From Pseudomonadota bacterium (GTDB lineage: Bacteria; UBA10199; 2-02-FULL-44-16; DYJF01), in contig JBDRBB010000012.1 of the NCBI GenBank assembly GCA_043823065.1, forward strand, positions 1-27,165: a stretch of 27,165 bases of DNA, in the 5' to 3' direction. Position numbers and translations under genes: made by a program. Under the pieces are notes generated by a model. It ran no database searches. It was given only the letters and a program-made list of their open reading frames with translations, and was not told the origin of the DNA. Below, one piece after another: positions 1 through 9,153 of this stretch; the first letter of the stretch is position 1; every line of letters begins with the position of its first letter.

Positions 1-1926
1 ACCCTGCATAAATATCAGTTTCAAGTTGCTGAATATCTTTCCTATGGTTACCGGCCTTTGGAAATGCGCCAAACCGGGCAAAGACTAAGAGGCATTATTG
101 ATCATACTGTGGTCTCAGATTTTACAGGTGCTTTTGGCGTAACAGAGTGGATGCAAATTGGTTTTGATCTGCCTTATGCTGTGTTGGATCGTTTTCGGCC
201 AGTTGCCTCACCTTTGGGTACGGCGCTGCGGAATGAACGCGGCTTGTCTGACATTCGTTTAGAACTAAAGGCTCGTATTATAGATGATTGTCGTTTTCCA
301 ATTGGTATTGCTGTAGCGCCTTTTATGACCCTGCCCACAGGCAGTGATAACAAACTATTGGGTGATCCTGGAATTACGGGTGGTCTTAATGCCATTATTG
401 ACGGCCGCATCTTAAGGCGCTTGCTACTTACCTTTAACCTTGGTTTTCAAACCGGCCGCAAGGTTAATATTCAAAACGTAGATTATCAGCATCGTTTGCT
501 GGCTGGAGCAGGTATCCATTATAAATTTTTGAATGGTATGTCGGTGTTTGGCGAAGTTAATTCCAATACCAATGTTGATACTGCGTTTACGGAAAAAGAT
601 GTTAATCCAGTAGAAGGCATGGTTGGCATGAAGTGGGATGTGAAAAAAACCGGGGTTGAACTTGCTGCTGCTGCTGGCAATTGCTTAATTTGCGGGGTTA
701 AAGGAGCTAATGCCAGGGCAGTTTTAGGTGTTAGTTATCGTTACAATTCTAAGAAATATCAGGATCTAGATGCATTTGATGATCAAGTTTGCTTAAAACG
801 CTTTGGAGAAATTGAAGATGCCTGGGATATTTATTATCTAAAGTCAAACTGTCCGGCGCCAGAAAATTACAATCCGCATTTTCATGATGCAGCTTGTCCC
901 AAGTATTATGAATTAGGTGAAATAGTGGAGCTGTATATGCGTTGTCCTTCTCGGCCAGAAGATTATAAAGAAGGGGTGCATGATGATGCTTGTCCAAAAA
1001 TTTATAATTTAGGAGAGGAATATTCCCAAGAGCAAATTATGGCCATCTACACTTTGGCTGCTGCAGAGCTGGGAATTCGCTGCCCAGCTCCAGACGAGTT
1101 CAATCCTAAATTACATGATGACGCTTGCCCCAAATATTACGATCTACAAACACTTTCTACTTTGTCTAAGGTTTGCCCAGATGATCCAGCTAAATATCAG
1201 CCAGGAATTGATGATGCAGCTTGCCCCAAATTTTATACTTTACGCGAACAATACCCAGAAGATCTGTGGGAAATTATTGATCTGCTTTCCAGTAAAGATT
1301 CAGATAATGACGGCATAAATGATTTTCTGGATTTATGCCCAAATCAAGCTGAAGATTTTAATGGTTTTGCTGACCAGGATGGTTGCCCAGAAGGCGGAAT
1401 TGTAGGTATTGTTGGCGCTGAAATTCAAACTTTTAAACCAGTTTATTTTGCTTTTAATAGCACAAAATTGCCTTACGATGCTCAGCAAGCTTTGGATCAG
1501 GTAATTGGTGTAATTAATGAAACACCTTGGATCAGAACTATAAAAATTAGCGGTCATGCAGATGCCAGAGGAACTGTAAGTGCTAATGATCGCATTGCCC
1601 GGGCACGAGCCAAGGTGGTTATTGACTATATGAATCAACATGGTTTGCGGAAAAATATAGATTTAGTTGCCGTGGGCTATGGTTCCAGAAAGCCTGTTTC
1701 TTTGGGCACAACTGAAACAGATTATGCCTTGAATCGGCGCGCAGTTTTTACTATAGCTTCAGAAGATTTTGCAATTCAGCATGAGGAATTAGGAATGGAT
1801 AGTGCAGCAGCGCAACCAATCCCGGCTGTAGCTGAACCTAAAGAATTAACAGATGTAGAAAAGAAAAAATGGCAAGAATACCAAGGAATAATTGAAAGTA
1901 GCAAAGATAAGCCAATTAGTGAGTAA
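1..1926 (+). CDS. OmpA-family outer-membrane protein, 5'-partial: beta-barrel-like N-terminus, Cys-pair repeat insert, thrombospondin type-3-like Ca-binding segment, C-terminal OmpA peptidoglycan-binding domain
   Basis: Frame is open from base 1 (TLHKYQFQVAEYLSYGYRPL...), so the true start lies upstream of the window. OmpA C-terminal motifs VYFAFNS, ISGHADARG, NDRIARARA, GYGSRKP, NRRAVF. TSP3-like DSDNDGINDFLDLCP...DQDGCPE. Confidence 0.88.
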   Translation, partial: TLHKYQFQVAEYLSYGYRPLEMRQTGQRLRGIIDHTVVSDFTGAFGVTEWMQIGFDLPYAVLDRFRPVASPLGTALRNERGLSDIRLELKARIIDDCRFPIGIAVAPFMTLPTGSDNKLLGDPGITGGLNAIIDGRILRRLLLTFNLGFQTGRKVNIQNVDYQHRLLAGAGIHYKFLNGMSVFGEVNSNTNVDTAFTEKDVNPVEGMVGMKWDVKKTGVELAAAAGNCLICGVKGANARAVLGVSYRYNSKKYQDLDAFDDQVCLKRFGEIEDAWDIYYLKSNCPAPENYNPHFHDAACPKYYELGEIVELYMRCPSRPEDYKEGVHDDACPKIYNLGEEYSQEQIMAIYTLAAAELGIRCPAPDEFNPKLHDDACPKYYDLQTLSTLSKVCPDDPAKYQPGIDDAACPKFYTLREQYPEDLWEIIDLLSSKDSDNDGINDFLDLCPNQAEDFNGFADQDGCPEGGIVGIVGAEIQTFKPVYFAFNSTKLPYDAQQALDQVIGVINETPWIRTIKISGHADARGTVSANDRIARARAKVVIDYMNQHGLRKNIDLVAVGYGSRKPVSLGTTETDYALNRRAVFTIASEDFAIQHEELGMDSAAAQPIPAVAEPKELTDVEKKKWQEYQGIIESSKDKPISE

Positions 1927-1941
1927 AATAAGGAGGCGCGG

Positions 1942-2853
1942 ATGAAATATCTAATGTCATGTGTTTTAATTGTTTTTATAGCAACTCCTCTTTTTGCTCA
2001 AGAAGTTGTTTCCAGCAAGGATGAACCTGTAGCTGCAGGCCAAGAGCAACCACTAACTGATTTGCCAGATGATTTATATGAACCAAGCACTCCCCCTGAA
2101 AATGCAATCCCTTTAGAAGAATTAAAGCCAAATGTGCGTTCTCAAGTGCAACAGTTGGATATGCCTGAAGAGCAAATGGGCCACTATGGCAAGCAGCCCA
2201 CAATTCCGGCTGATGCTGGCTGGGTTAAAACAGATTTGCCTCCTGGCTGGGAAGCACCACCTGCAGTGCCAGCAGGGGCAGTGCGGTTAGAAGATGTTCA
2301 ACCAGGCAAAACCAAACCCGTGCCTGCGGGTATTCCTGCTGAAGCTGCTTCAGAAACAGCACCAGCAGTATCAGGAGTTACAGATACCAGAAATATGCCA
2401 GCCTGGCGACCTGGAGAACCAAGTCCAACCACAATTTCTGCACCACCACCCCCGCTTGAGCCACCTCGTGTGCCAGTTCCAGAGCCGGTTCCAGTAGTTG
2501 AAGAACCAATTGCACCAATAACTGTGCCAGAAACTCAGCCAGAACCTCTACCAGCAGCAGAAGAACCTTCAGTAGCAGTACCTGAAGAAAAAGTGTTTCG
2601 TTATAAATCTGATTTGCCTGAGGGCTGGGAAGAACCAGTGCATGTTCCTGAAGGAGCAGTGCCTATTGAAAAGGTAAAGCCAGGCGAGACCAAGCATAAA
2701 AACAAACAGCCTAAGCCAACTGAGGATACATCAAGCATGGCTCCACCCCAGGTAGATACAAGTGTAAAAGAAGTCAATGAGCAAACTATCGAGCAGGGTG
2801 GAGTTGAAGTACAAGAAGAACAATATGATGTTTATCACCGTTGGGAGAAATAA
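1942..2853 (+). CDS. Exported Pro/Glu/Ala-rich hypothetical protein with three copies of an internal ~29-aa motif
   Basis: SD AGGAGG at 1931-1936; signal peptide MKYLMSCVLIVFIATPLFA; low-complexity Pro-rich linkers. Confidence 0.8.
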   Translation: MKYLMSCVLIVFIATPLFAQEVVSSKDEPVAAGQEQPLTDLPDDLYEPSTPPENAIPLEELKPNVRSQVQQLDMPEEQMGHYGKQPTIPADAGWVKTDLPPGWEAPPAVPAGAVRLEDVQPGKTKPVPAGIPAEAASETAPAVSGVTDTRNMPAWRPGEPSPTTISAPPPPLEPPRVPVPEPVPVVEEPIAPITVPETQPEPLPAAEEPSVAVPEEKVFRYKSDLPEGWEEPVHVPEGAVPIEKVKPGETKHKNKQPKPTEDTSSMAPPQVDTSVKEVNEQTIEQGGVEVQEEQYDVYHRWEK

Positions 2854-2868
2854 AAACTGACTAAGCAC

Positions 2869-4372
<1,504 letters not shown>

Positions 4373-4418
4373 TTATTTTTTTGTAAAACACTTTAGATTT
4401 GTAATGTTTAGCTCTATG

Positions 4419-4556
4419 AAATCCTAATATCTAAGCTCTAAATTCTAAACAAATCCAAAATCCTAATGTTCAAATGACCAAAACCATTTGTTTTGAACAT
4501 TTGAATTTTGGTAATTTGAAATTGTTTAGGATTTAGATATTAGAAATTAGAATTTT
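4419..4556. repeat. ~138-bp imperfect palindrome built from degenerate heptamers (AAATCCT/AATATCT/AAATTCT ... TTAGGAT/TTAGATA/TTAGAAT)
   Basis: Outer arms match as an inverted repeat at 29/34 nt and inner arms at 16/20 nt, around a short central loop. Confidence 0.8.
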
Positions 4557-4570
4557 ATTAGTATAAACCC

Positions 4571-6115
4571 ATGGACAATATTAATAAAATACTTATCTTA
4601 GACTTTGGTTCCCAATACACCCAGCTCATTGCCCGCCTCATTAGGGAAGCCAGGGTATATTGCGAGATTTGGCCATTTAATAAAACCTTAAAAGAAATAA
4701 AAGAATTTGCGCCAAATGGAATTATTCTTTCTGGTGGTCCAGCCAGCGTGTTTGCTGCAGATGCACCTAAGCTGGAACCTGAAGTATTAAATTTAGGCGT
4801 ACCTGTGTTGGGTATTTGTTATGGCATGCAGGCCATTGCCCAAGTAAAAGGTGGTAAAGTTGAAAAAGCCAATCGTCGGGAGTATGGCCATGCTTTGTTA
4901 GAAGTTATTGGTAATGAAAACCTATTTGCCGGAATTTCAAAAACCAAAATGTCGGTTTGGATGAGTCATGGCGATCATGTACAAACATTGCCTCCAAATT
5001 TCCAAACCATTGCTAAAAGCGATAATGCTCCAATTGCGGCTATGAAAGATGAATCTAAAAAGATTTATGGTCTGCAATTTCATCCTGAAGTAACGCATAC
5101 GCCAGAAGGAACAACCTTGCTGCAAAATTTTCTGTTTTCAATTTGTAAATTAAAACCAACCTGGACCATGGCTTCTTTTATTGAGCAATCCATTCAAGAG
5201 ATTAAGCAAAAGGTTGGTAAAGCCAATGTGGTTATGGGCCTGTCAGGTGGGGTAGATTCTTCAGTAGCGTCTGTATTAATGCACAAGGCTATTGGCGATC
5301 AGCTCACTTGTATTTTTGTGGATAATGGTTTGCTCAGGAAAAATGAAGTTGAAAAAGTGGAAAGAGTATTTCGCGATTCGTTTCAGATTAATTTAAAAGT
5401 AGTACGTGCTGCAGAAAGTTTTTTAAGCAAATTAGCTGGTGTTGATGAACCTGAAAAAAAGCGCAAAATTATTGGCAATGAGTTTATCAGAGTGTTTGAA
5501 GAAGAGGCTAAAAAAATTCCTAATGTAGAATTTTTAGGCCAAGGCACGCTTTATCCAGATGTAATTGAATCAGTTTCTTTTAAAGGTCCATCTGCTGTAA
5601 TTAAAAGTCATCATAATGTTGGTGGTTTGCCGGAAAAAATGGGTTTAAAACTTGTGGAACCTTTTAGGGAACTTTTTAAAGATGAAGTAAGGGAAGTAGG
5701 GCGGGAACTGGGAATTTCTGAAGAAATAGTTGGCCGCCAGCCCTTTCCAGGCCCTGGTTTGGCAGTGCGCATCTTGGGCGAGATTACTAAGGAGCGCTTG
5801 GGTGTCTTGCGCGATGCAGATGATATCATGATGCAGGAAATCAAAAGCGCAGATTTATACCATCAAATTTGGCAAAGTTTTTGTGTACTCTTGCCAGTTA
5901 AAACCGTGGGCGTAATGGGTGATGAACGCACTTATGAAAACGTGATTGCTGTGCGCGCAGTAACTTCTCATGATGGCATGACCGCAGATTGGTTTCAAAT
6001 GCCCTATGATGTATTAGCTCGTATTTCCAATCGGATTATAAATGAAGTAAAAGGTGTTAATCGTGTAGTCTATGACATCTCCTCCAAGCCCCCTGCCACT
6101 ATTGAGTGGGAATAG
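4571..6115 (+). CDS. guaA: GMP synthase (glutamine-hydrolysing)
   Basis: [52 protein letters not shown]-terminal KPPATIEWE. Confidence 0.98.
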   Translation: MDNINKILILDFGSQYTQLIARLIREARVYCEIWPFNKTLKEIKEFAPNGIILSGGPASVFAADAPKLEPEVLNLGVPVLGICYGMQAIAQVKGGKVEKANRREYGHALLEVIGNENLFAGISKTKMSVWMSHGDHVQTLPPNFQTIAKSDNAPIAAMKDESKKIYGLQFHPEVTHTPEGTTLLQNFLFSICKLKPTWTMASFIEQSIQEIKQKVGKANVVMGLSGGVDSSVASVLMHKAIGDQLTCIFVDNGLLRKNEVEKVERVFRDSFQINLKVVRAAESFLSKLAGVDEPEKKRKIIGNEFIRVFEEEAKKIPNVEFLGQGTLYPDVIESVSFKGPSAVIKSHHNVGGLPEKMGLKLVEPFRELFKDEVREVGRELGISEEIVGRQPFPGPGLAVRILGEITKERLGVLRDADDIMMQEIKSADLYHQIWQSFCVLLPVKTVGVMGDERTYENVIAVRAVTSHDGMTADWFQMPYDVLARISNRIINEVKGVNRVVYDISSKPPATIEWE

Positions 6116-6123
6116 CCTGGTTT

Positions 6124-6167
6124 GTCATTCCTGTATGTCTTGTCATTCCTGCGGAGGCAGGAATCTA
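6124..6167. repeat. REP-like GTCATTCC palindrome (single unit) preceded by a partial copy; between convergent genes
   Basis: GTCATTCCTG at 6124 and GTCATTCCTGCGGAGGCAGGAATCTA at 6142-6167; same family as 24273 and 24868. Confidence 0.8.
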
Positions 6168-6173
6168 GCTTTT

Positions 6174-6914
6174 TTAAGTACTTAAATTCGGATTATTTTG
6201 ATCCTCAAGACTTTGCTGAATAATCGCGCCAGTGCCGGGTAAAAGAATTATTGGACACCTAACACTAGAGCCAAGGCGAGAGGCCAGGTTGGAAAATGCA
6301 CCCCAAGCTGCACTTGCCGCTCTTATAATCCACGATCTGGTAACTGGGTTGCGCACAACTTCTCTGGCAGCAGCGCCAGAACCTGCAGCTCCTGGACCAT
6401 TTCTGCGGAGAATATTTAAAACCTCTCTAATTTGAGCATATAAACTAGAAGATTCTCTACTGAAACCTAAAAAACGCTGTATCTCAAGACCAATGGATTG
6501 CGCACTTTGTACCACTTGAGTGGGTGAAACATTGTTGCCATATCTAGCAACATCTCTGGCCCAGGATCTAAAGTAATGACTATTGGCCATTTCACCCTGG
6601 CTGACTATGCGTATTTCATCTAAAACAAATTCCAGATTTTGAACAGGATAGGAACGAAGGATAGAAACAATCCTGCTCATTTCGCTTAAGGCCTGCAGTT
6701 CTATATCAGGATTAATGGAAGAAGCTAAAGTGAGTGTGCCAGCCACTAGGCCAGAAGCACCAAGACCATAAATTAAACTGTTTAGCTTGCTGTTGGCTAG
6801 GGCTGGATCGTGAATATAAGAATCAGCAAACTCAGACCTGGTTTCTAATCCTGGTTGATTAACCATGGGCCTGTATAACATAGTAGGAAAATATGTTTTG
6901 CTGCCACTTAACAT
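6174..6914 (-). CDS. Hypothetical protein, Ser/Ala/Arg-rich, no recognisable domain; start uncertain
   Basis: 246-aa ORF filling the gap between guaA and the DUF167 gene. Confidence 0.65.
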   Translation of the reverse strand: MLSGSKTYFPTMLYRPMVNQPGLETRSEFADSYIHDPALANSKLNSLIYGLGASGLVAGTLTLASSINPDIELQALSEMSRIVSILRSYPVQNLEFVLDEIRIVSQGEMANSHYFRSWARDVARYGNNVSPTQVVQSAQSIGLEIQRFLGFSRESSSLYAQIREVLNILRRNGPGAAGSGAAAREVVRNPVTRSWIIRAASAAWGAFSNLASRLGSSVRCPIILLPGTGAIIQQSLEDQNNPNLST

Positions 6915-6937
6915 AGAGATCTCTGTGTCCTCTGCGG

Positions 6938-7222
6938 TTAATTTATTTTTGCAGTTATAATATTTTTTTTAATCCCCTGAATGAAAACCAGTTTTGTCCT
7001 GCTGGTTTCTCCTCGCAGGATGCTGATTTTAGATTTTGGCACACTCAGTAGTTTGGCCAGAAACTCAATCAGTTCCTGGTTAGCTTTACCCTCGACTGGA
7101 GCTGAGCGCAAGGCAATAGCTAAAGCCCCATTTCTTTCACCCTTTATTTTGGATTTACTGGCCCGGGGCGAAATATAGCATTCTATAGTAATTCCATCTG
7201 GTTTTTCTTGAATATTGAGCAT
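6938..7222 (-). CDS. DUF167 / UPF0235 (YggU-like) protein
   Basis: ISPRASKSKI, SAPVEGKANQELIEFLAKLL, ILRGETSRTK. ATG 7222 preferred over TTG 7237. Confidence 0.92.
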   Translation of the reverse strand: MLNIQEKPDGITIECYISPRASKSKIKGERNGALAIALRSAPVEGKANQELIEFLAKLLSVPKSKISILRGETSRTKLVFIQGIKKNIITAKIN

Positions 7223-7311
7223 ATTATTATCAACCAATTGACAACCTTTAATATATAATATTGTCAGCTTTCAATGGATCTAACCACATGATTTATTTAT
7301 GATTTAATAAG

Positions 7312-7366
7312 TTTATTACAACTTTATTACAACCAAAAAATAATTTTATTACAACTTTATTAGATA
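7312..7366. promoter_or_regulatory. Phased 11-bp direct repeats TTTATTACAAC (3 perfect, 1 imperfect); likely regulator-binding array
   Basis: Copies start at 7312, 7323, 7345 and 7356, all on an exact 11-bp register. Confidence 0.6.
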
Positions 7367-7415
7367 CCCAATTTCACCATTGAGCAGGAATTTATAGCTG
7401 CCAAAATTAAAAAAT

Positions 7416-7445
7416 AGCAACTTTTGCTTCCAAAATGACGATAAT
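7416..7445 (+). promoter_or_regulatory. Sigma-28-like promoter motif, copy 1 (AGCAACTTTT...GACGATAAT)
   Basis: Motif recurs at 8781 and 27032; -10 resembles GCCGATAA with sigma-28-like spacing. Confidence 0.6.
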
Positions 7446-7483
7446 AACTATATAGAAAAAACATATTTAATTTGGAGGTTTTA

Positions 7484-7873
7484 ATGGATCCAGTAATGGA
7501 AGTAAGGCAAAATGGCGCAGATTTTGAAGTCTTTATGGTCAATTCATGTGATGAACAACGAGTTGGTACTGTGGTAGATGATGAGGGAGGATTGTTTATC
7601 CAAACTGACGATGGCGTTATTATGGGAGAGCTTTTAATTGACCCAAGTCAGTTACAAGATGGGTTTGTTTTAGAAGATGAACAAGTAGATCTAAACCAAG
7701 AACTTAATATGCCGATTTTAAGAATCTGCCATTCTCCAATTTTTGCAAACTTAGAAAATCTGCTTGAACAGCTAAGAACCCAAAATCCAAGTGGAGGACT
7801 GACCGCAGGTTTTACTTTAGAAAGAATGGAAGTTAGAATACCTAATATTAAACCAGAACCTACTGATGAATAG
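7484..7873 (+). CDS. Acidic hypothetical protein (129 aa)
   Basis: SD GGAGG at 7474-7478 supports ATG 7484; own promoter motif and terminator. Confidence 0.75.
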   Translation: MDPVMEVRQNGADFEVFMVNSCDEQRVGTVVDDEGGLFIQTDDGVIMGELLIDPSQLQDGFVLEDEQVDLNQELNMPILRICHSPIFANLENLLEQLRTQNPSGGLTAGFTLERMEVRIPNIKPEPTDE

Positions 7874-7897
7874 ATGAATAATGGAAAAAAAGCACTT

Positions 7898-7928
7898 AAA
7901 GCCACTGGAAAACCCAGTGGTTTTTTTT
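7898..7928 (+). terminator. Rho-independent terminator, possibly bidirectional
   Basis: AAA-GCCACTGG-AAAAC-CCAGTGG-T8 between convergent genes. Confidence 0.85.
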
Positions 7929-7929
7929 G

Positions 7930-8367
7930 TTAGCTTTTTAAAAGTACTTTGAGATCTTCTTGGTCTATATTTCGACCAGCAGCTTTCTTTTCTTCAATAA
8001 GGTCTTTATTGGAAATAAGAGGAATTAAAATATGTTCGGCTTCAATTACTTCATGATTTGAGAAAACTTCTTCGAAACTAAATAATTTAAGTTTGGTCAA
8101 AACATCAAGGCGCAAGAAATCTTTAAATATAGTGATTTCATTAGCAATAATTTCATCTGGGCTTGTGAGTTCAGCAGTGCCAAAGCCAAATTGCTTAAGA
8201 GCTTCTAGTAAACGCTTGGCATTTTCAAGTTCAGGTTTAATTACAATATCAATGTCTTGTGTAGAGCGCGGCACTCCGTAAATTATGGCTGCCACACCGC
8301 CAACCAGAAGATAATCAACTTTAGCGTCGTTCAAGTATTTGAACAGATTTAAATGTTTTGTAATCAT
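7930..8367 (-). CDS. Pol-beta-superfamily nucleotidyltransferase (DUF6036-like), putative TA/defence-type component
   Basis: YLLVGGVAAIIYGVPRSTQDIDI, RLDVL, C-terminal KKAAGRNIDQEDL. Confidence 0.8.
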   Translation of the reverse strand: MITKHLNLFKYLNDAKVDYLLVGGVAAIIYGVPRSTQDIDIVIKPELENAKRLLEALKQFGFGTAELTSPDEIIANEITIFKDFLRLDVLTKLKLFSFEEVFSNHEVIEAEHILIPLISNKDLIEEKKAAGRNIDQEDLKVLLKS

Positions 8368-8521
8368 CTTTTGTTACTGATTTTTTGGTGATTGAATTGA
8401 TAAAAATTATCCATTCTAAAGCAGTCAAAAGCCGCTCTTTTCGAGATTTATTTTGAAACCAACGAGCTTTTTCCTCTACAGACTCTTCTTGAAAAGAATG
8501 GGAAATCTTTTGTTGAGACAT
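8321..8521 (-). CDS. Small (66 aa) partner protein overlapping the nucleotidyltransferase 5' end
   Basis: 47-bp overlap with the NTase; EEKARWFQNKSRKERL segment; promoter-like motif directly upstream. Confidence 0.7.
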   Translation of the reverse strand: MSQQKISHSFQEESVEEKARWFQNKSRKERLLTALEWIIFINSITKKSVTKDDYKTFKSVQILERR

Positions 8522-8527
8522 TTTAAT

Positions 8528-8556
8528 AACTTAGCACATTTTTTCTTAATTGTATA
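8528..8556 (-). promoter_or_regulatory. Putative sigma-70 promoter with extended -10 (TATACA-17-TAAGTT, preceded by TGC), 6 nt before ATG 8521
   Basis: Read on the minus strand; no SD. Confidence 0.5.
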
Positions 8557-8582
8557 CTCTTAAAGCCTTTCTAAAGCCACTC

Positions 8583-8744
8583 AAAATTTGGGGACGTTAC
8601 CCCACTTAACAAGTGCCTAAAATTATTGAGGAATAAAAGGCGTTTTTAAAAAATTGAGCTTACTCCAATACAAAAAATCGAAATCGCCTCTAATTTATTA
8701 ATCATTATAGTAAGTTAGCTAGGGGGGTAACGTCCCCAAATTTT
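8583..8744. mobile_element. 162-bp non-coding MITE/REP-like element with perfect 21-bp terminal inverted repeats
   Basis: AAAATTTGGGGACGTTACCCC (8583-8603) is the exact reverse complement of 8724-8744. No internal ORF and no clear target-site duplication. Confidence 0.65.
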
Positions 8745-8780
8745 TACTTAATATCAAGTAGATACATACGGCATTTTCTT

Positions 8781-8809
8781 AGCAACTTTTTGGTTTTTTT
8801 GTCGATAAT
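8781..8809 (+). promoter_or_regulatory. Sigma-28-like promoter motif, copy 2 (AGCAACTTTT...GTCGATAAT)
   Basis: Same motif as 7416 and 27032, with a spacer 1 nt shorter. Confidence 0.6.
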
Positions 8810-8845
8810 ATTAATATATGTGGGGAGAAAATTAGGAGGATGGAT

Positions 8846-9052
8846 ATGGTTAAAAGTTTTGTACTTATTAGAGAAGAAATACCTATAATTGATCATAAGA
8901 GACTATCGCAATATCTAGAGAGACTTATGCGTGAACAAGAAACTGATGCTACAAGAGATGATGAACATGAAGCAGAAATTATTCGAGTTGATGGTCCAAT
9001 ATTTGAAGACAAAGAAGCATTACAGCGCTTATTAGAAGGTCACAATCGCTAA
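8846..9052 (+). CDS. Small charged hypothetical protein (68 aa)
   Basis: SD AGGAGG at 8834-8839 favours ATG 8846 over 8840; own promoter motif and terminator. Confidence 0.7.
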   Translation: MVKSFVLIREEIPIIDHKRLSQYLERLMREQETDATRDDEHEAEIIRVDGPIFEDKEALQRLLEGHNR

Positions 9053-9074
9053 TTAAAGAAGAATGATTGGATAT

Positions 9075-9105
9075 AAAGCCACTGGAAAACCCAGCGGCTT
9101 TTTTT
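9075..9105 (+). terminator. Rho-independent terminator nearly identical to the one at 7898
   Basis: AAA-GCCACTGG-AAAAC-CCAGCGGC-T7. Confidence 0.85.
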
Positions 9106-9153
9106 GTAAAGGGCATTGACACCCCTAATCAATAGGGCTACTCAAGTTGTTCT

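Noticed and set aside
4373..4570. Purine riboswitch ahead of guaA
   Set aside because: No purine-aptamer consensus visible; the region is explained by a heptamer palindrome.
7312..7366. CRISPR array or replication origin
   Set aside because: Repeats are 11 bp and mostly adjacent with no unique spacers; no cas or rep gene and no TTATCCACA DnaA boxes nearby.
7360..7542. 60-aa minus-strand ORF across the promoter region
   Set aside because: Overlaps a better-supported + strand gene and its promoter, with AT-rich non-coding composition.
8818..8835. Five-codon upstream ORF (MWGEN) between promoter copy 2 and the 8846 gene
   Set aside because: Its ATG has the same offset from the motif as ATG 27070, but the length gives no evidence of function.
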